NCBI GenBank assembly: GCA_965261545.1
Contig: CBDHDF010000010.1
Span: forward strand, 704,001 to 768,000
DNA from: Bdellovibrionales bacterium
Lineage (GTDB): Bacteria; Bdellovibrionota; Bdellovibrionia; Bdellovibrionales; UBA1609
DNA length: 64,000 nt
Reading direction: 5' to 3'
How positions within the stretch are numbered: position 1 is the first letter of the stretch; each line of letters opens with the position of its first letter. Below the pieces are notes generated by a model. That model worked only from the letters and a program-made list of their open reading frames with translations, was not told where the DNA came from and searched no databases. The translations under genes and the position numbers were made by a program. Positions 58,754 to 64,000 of the stretch are shown piece after piece.

Positions 58754-58834
58754 TCTGCCTTCTCCTTTCAGGATGATAGTTCATCCTAATATGATTCGGC
58801 AGTTACACAAAATAGTTTACAGGCTCGCCAAAAA

Positions 58835-61800
58835 AGCAACCCCAGATACAAGTGGTTGGGATACTTCTAAGGTTACAGATATGTCGTATATGTTTTCTCT
58901 TACCGAAAAAGCAAACCCAGACACAAGTGTTTGGAATACTTCCAATATTACCAATATGGCGAATATGTTTTATGCTACCAGAAAAGCAACCCCAAACACA
59001 AGTGCTTGGGATACCTCCAGTGTTACGAATATTCAAAGTATGTTTGCCCATAGCCTCCTAGCAAATCCAAATGTGAGTCATTGGGACACTTCCGAAGTCA
59101 CTAATATGTCAGGATTGTTTCTATCCACTGAGCAAGCGAATCCAGATGTGAGCAAATGGGATACCTCCAAAGTCACTAATATGTCAGGCTTGTTTCTATC
59201 CGCTCGCCAAGCGAATCCAGATGTGAGCAAATGGGATACCTCCAAAGTCACTAATATGTCCGGCATGTTTCACTCCACTCGCCAAGCAAACCCAGATGTG
59301 AGCAAATGGGACACCTCCAAAGTCACTACTATGTCAGCCATGTTTCAAAAGACCCTCCAAGCAAACCCAGATGTGAGCAAATGGGACACCTCCAAAGTCA
59401 CTACTATGTCAGCCATGTTTCAAAAGACTCTCCAAGCAAACCCAGATGTGAGCAATTGGAATACCTCCAAAGTGATTAATATGAAAAACTTATTTTTCGA
59501 GGCTCGCCAAGCAAACCCAAATACAAGTGGTTGGGACTTTACAAGCATTGGAGCGCATGAAGGGATGGCGTCAATATTTAAAAATTCAGGTCTTTCTATT
59601 GATAATTATTCAAAATTTTTAATAAGATTAAATCAAAAAGCACCGGTGATTCGTACGATCCACAAAGTGATTGAGGTAGGCAAATTGAAATACAATTATA
59701 GTGCTGCGATATCTCGTCACATTTTACAAATAAAAGGATGGACAATTCGTGATGGAGGTTTGAATAGACAATCAATGACTGGTACCAGTATCTCATTGGG
59801 TGTCAGTACCACTTCCCCGATTTCTTCATCCAATATAGCCAATTATATCATTAGTGGAACTTGTGATTCTGCCTTTGGAGCTGTCCGTGTTGGCGTTGTT
59901 GGACCACCACCAGGTGTAGAAAAAGATTTGCCTTGTACATCTCAGAACACATTTGCCGGGAGTTTTGATTTAAGAAATATATATTCTGCGCAGATCGCCA
60001 TTAACGTAATTCAGAGAGTGGCTGGAGGCAAACTCGAAACAACCCATTCTTCGATTTTTAACGACAGCAATTACTTTGTAACAAAATGGAGATTTCCAAG
60101 CAACCACCAATTCACTCTTCCTCTTAAAGAAGATCCATCATTGAACTACAATTTTACTGTGGACTGGGGAGATGGAAGTAAGGGTGAGGTGACATCTTTT
60201 AATGATTCCGATAAAGTGCATACTTATGCAACAGCTGGAGACTATATAATTAAGATTGTGGGTACCTGTGAGGGATTTCAAAATAACATGTCAGCATCAA
60301 GAGATCGCTTACTTGAGGTGAGAAACCTTGGAAATATGGGATGGAAAGACCTATCGAATGCTTTTTTTAGAAATACTCATCTTACAAGTTTTTTTGGAGG
60401 AAATACATCAAAAGTCACCAATATGAGTTGGATGTTTTCTTCAGCTTCCCGAGCCACCCCAGACACAAGTAAGTGGGATACATCCAAGGTCACCAATATG
60501 AGTTGGATGTTTTCTTCAGCTTTCCGAGCCACCCCAGACACAAGTAAGTGGGACACATCCAAGGTCACCGATATGCGATCTATGTTTTCTTCAGCTTCCC
60601 GAGCCACCCCAGACACAAGTAAGTGGGACACATCCAAGGTCACCGATATGCGATCTATGTTTTCTTCAGCTTCCCGAGCCATCCCAGACACAAGTAAGTG
60701 GGACACATCCAAGGTCACCGATATGCGCCATATGTTTTTGTATGCCACTCAATCGAGCCCAGACGTAAGTCGCTGGAATACTTCTGGTGTCCTCAATATA
60801 TTATATATGTTTAAGGGTGCCACTCAAGCTAACCCAGATACAAGTCGTTGGAATTTTACAAATCTTTCTGTTTCTGATAGTTTCGACGATCTATTTCGAC
60901 TATCAGGTTTATCCGTTGAAAATTATTCGAAATTCTTAATAAATATCAATGCAAAACCACCCACAAATATCAATATTCGGAAAGTGATTCATGTAAACAC
61001 ACTAAAGTACAATTATAGTGCCGCATCAGCTCGCAATAACTTAAAAAGGAAAGGCTGGATTATCACTGATGGAGGTTTGGACGAATCACCGCGTGATAAT
61101 AATGTGCCATGGTTGGGTCTCGATGATTCATTGACTCTACCTTCTCCATCCAATAGAGGGAGTTACACAATCCATGGAACTTGCAATGTAAATCTTGGAA
61201 TTGTTCGTGTCATTGTTGGATATCCCTCTGTACAAAAAGATTTGCCTTGCACAGAACAGAACACGTTTTCAGGGGAATTTGATTTACGAAATCAATCTTC
61301 TCCACACATGACTATTAGAGCCAGTCAAGATGGAGTCAGTGCAGAAGCAAGTGCGTCTCTTTCTAGCAGTCCCAATCACTTTGTAACAAAATGGAGATTT
61401 CCAAGCAATTTTACATTCACTCTCCCACTTAAATCAGAATCATCATTAAACTACAATTTTACTGTGGATTGGGGAGATGGTCTTACAAGTGAAGTGACAT
61501 CTTTTAATGACCCTGATAAAGTGCATACTTATGCAGCAGCTGGAAATTATATAATTAAGATTGCAGGAGTTTGTGAAGGGTTTCAGAATGATGGGCCTTC
61601 AAAAAATATGTTACTTGAGGTTGCCAATTTAGGTCAAGTGGGATGGAAAGACTTATCCCATGCTTTTAAAGACAATTCTTCTCTCACAAAATTTCTTGGA
61701 GGAGATACATCAAAAGTCACAAATATGTCGCATATGTTTAGTGGCGCCAGTAAAGTGACCCCAAATACAAGCAGATGGAAGACTTCCAATGTTACGAATA

Positions 61801-63545
61801 TGGAAGGTATGTTTTCCAATAGCCCCCTAGCAAAACCAGATACAAGAGGATGGAATACTTCTAAGGTCACAGATATGTCGTATATGTTTAACCTTGCCGA
61901 AAAAGCAAACCCAGACACAAGTAGTTGGAATACTGCCAATGTTACCAATATGAAGAATATGTTTAATGGTGCCAACAAAGCGACCCCAAACACAAGTGCT
62001 TGGGATACTTCCAGTGTTACGAATATGAAAGGTATGTTTGCCCATAGCCTCCTAGCAAATCCAGATGTGAGTCATTGGGACACTTCCGAAGTCACTGATA
62101 TGTCAGGCTTGTTTCTATCCACTCATCAAGCGAATCCAGATGTGAGCAACTGGGATACCTCCAAAGTCACTGATATGCCAGCCATGTTTCATTCCACTCG
62201 CCAAGCGAATCCAGATGTGAGCAACTGGGATACCTCCAAAGTTACTAATATGTTCGGCATGTTTCAAGAGACCCTCCAAGCAAATCCAGATGTGAGCCAT
62301 TGGAATACCTCCAAAGTGATTAATATGACGGGGTTGTTTCATCGTGCCCCCATGGCAAACCCAAATACAAGTGGTTGGGACTTTACAAGCATTAGATTGA
62401 ATGAGGGGATGGCGTCGATATTTGAAGATTCAGGTCTTTCTATTGATAATTATTCAAAATTTTTAATAAGATTGAATCAAAAGGCACCGGTAAGTCGTAC
62501 GGTCCACAAAGTGATTGAGGTAGGCAAATTGAAATACAATTATAGTGCTGCGGCAGCTCGTCACATTTTACAAATAAAAGGATGGACAATTCGTGATGGA
62601 GGTTTGGATGGACAATCAATGACTGGTACCAGTATTTCATTGGGTGTCAGTACCCCTTCCTCGATTTCTTCATCCAATATAGCCAATTATATCATTGGTG
62701 GAACTTGTAATTCTTCCCTTGGAACTGTCCGTGTTGTTGTTGGACAACCACCAAGTGTACAAAAAGATTTGCCTTGTACATCTCAGAACACATTTGCAGG
62801 GAATTTTGATTTAAGAAATATATATTCTGTGCAGGTCACCATTAACGCAAGTCAGAGACAAGGTGGAAGCAACGTTGAAACAGCCCATTCTTCGATTTTT
62901 AACGACACCAATTACTTTGTAACAAAATGGAGATTTCGAAACAACCATCGATTCACTCTTCCTCTTAAATCAGATTCATCATTGAACTATAATTTTACTG
63001 TGGACTGGGGAGATGGGAGTAAGGGTGAGGTGACATCTTTTAATGATCCTGATAAAGTGCATACTTATGCAACAGCCGGAAATTATATAATTAAGATTGT
63101 CGGTACTCTGGAGGGATTCCAAAATAGCGAGGGAACATCAGATAACTTGCTTGAGGTGAGCAACCTTGGAAATATGGGATGGAAAGATCTATCTAGCGCT
63201 TTCTTGAGAAATACTCATCTTACAAGTGTTCTTGGAGGAAATACATCAAAAGTTACCAATATGAGTTGGATGTTTGGTGGAACTCTCCAGGCAACCCCAG
63301 ACACAAGTAAGTGGGATACTTCCAACGTTACCAATATGAGTTGGATGTTTGCTAGAGCTTACCGAGCGAACCCAGACACAAGTCAGTGGGATACTTCCAA
63401 TGTTACCAATATGCGAACTATGTTTCTTCGTGCCTTCAAAGCGAATCCAGACACAAGTAAGTGGGATACTTCCAACGTTACCAATATGCGAACTATGTTT
63501 TCTGTAGCTTCCCAAGCGAACCCAGATACCGGTCGTTGGGATTTT
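58835..63545 (+). repeat. Four arrays of 75-bp (25-aa) DUF285/BspA repeats
   Basis: About 10, 6, 9 and 4 units at roughly 58.84-59.54, 60.42-60.86, 61.72-62.38 and 63.26-63.55 kb. Confidence 0.9.
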
Positions 63546-64000
63546 ACAAATCTTTCTCTTTCTGATAGTTTCCACGATCTATTTCGACGATCAAATTTAT
63601 CCGTTGAAAATTATTCGAAATTCTTAATAAATATCAATGCAAAACCACCCACAAATATCAATATTCAGAAAGTGATTCATGTAGATACACTAAAATACAA
63701 TTATAGTGCCGCATCAGCTCGCAATAACTTAAAGAGGAAAGGCTGGGTTATCACTGATGGAGGTTTGGACAGAAAATCGCTGAGTGATAATGCACCATGG
63801 TTGGATCTCAGTGGTTCACTGCCCCCACTTTCCTCATCCGATGGAGAAAGCTACACAATCCGTGGAACTTGTAACTCAAATCTTGGAACTGTTCGTGTCA
63901 TTGTTGGAGACCCTGATGTACAAAAAGATTTACCTTGCACAAAACAAAATACGTTTTCAGGAACATTTGATTTACGAAATCAATTTTCTCCAAACATTAT

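Larger units (their letters stand above)
56939..58826 (-). mobile_element. IS256-family element, 1888 bp, with 8-bp target duplication
   Basis: IRs GGGACTGTAAAAATAATTGTGTAACTGC / GAGCCTGTAAACTATTTTGTGTAACTGC; TSD GCCAAAAA at 56931-56938 and 58827-58834. Confidence 0.95.
55917..64000 (+). pseudogene. Giant modular BspA/DUF285 surface protein (>2000 aa, runs off the window), interrupted by IS256
   Basis: Signal peptide; repeated modules of ISGTC..C domain, DWGDG PKD-like domain, 25-aa PDxSxWDTSKVTNMxxMF repeats and cap; frame restored (FTLAKKATPDTSGWD) when the IS and one TSD copy are removed; same frame at several checkpoints to 64000. Confidence 0.85.

Noticed and set aside
58803..63575. Many short minus-strand ORFs and 75-bp repeats as separate genes or an array
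   Set aside because: Antisense shadows of the DUF285 repeats of the giant + strand gene

Overview
Bacterial chromosomal window, about 40-45% GC by eye. Gene content and protein style (REC-J-TPR regulator, GYF/TPR protein, CFI-box protein, sigma54-driven fliL..fliA operon, sigma28 promoters) suggest a Bdellovibrionota-like organism, possibly host-associated; this is inference. Housekeeping genes: yejB/yejE-like permeases, rpmG, hmgA, ribD, recQ, nfeD/stomatin, pstSCA, a TonB-dependent receptor, yebC, pssA, queG, hutF, ribF, tRNA-Leu(TAG), gcvH/gcvT, mdh-sucCD and a reduced flagellar operon. The best candidate for an undescribed system is a three-gene unit at 13.5-18.4 kb: a PilZ-like domain fused to a PLP-dependent alpha-oxoamine synthase (split by two +1 frameshifts), a 7TM sensor kinase, and a response regulator with a non-canonical class III nucleotide cyclase domain. 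It reads like a signal synthase/sensor/second-messenger circuit. Other notable items: fliN joined directly to a shortened flhF with no fliOPQR-flhBA; an orphan FGE-sulfatase/C-lectin C-terminal fragment resembling a DGR variable repeat; two dispersed paralogous small Cys-rich secreted proteins; an extreme acidic 6-aa repeat protein; an orphan DNA methyltransferase; two complete IS elements, one of them an IS256 with a non-coding tandem-hairpin cargo inserted in a giant BspA/DUF285 surface-protein gene; and pervasive short tandem micro-duplications. All family assignments come from motif recognition by eye, with no database searches.
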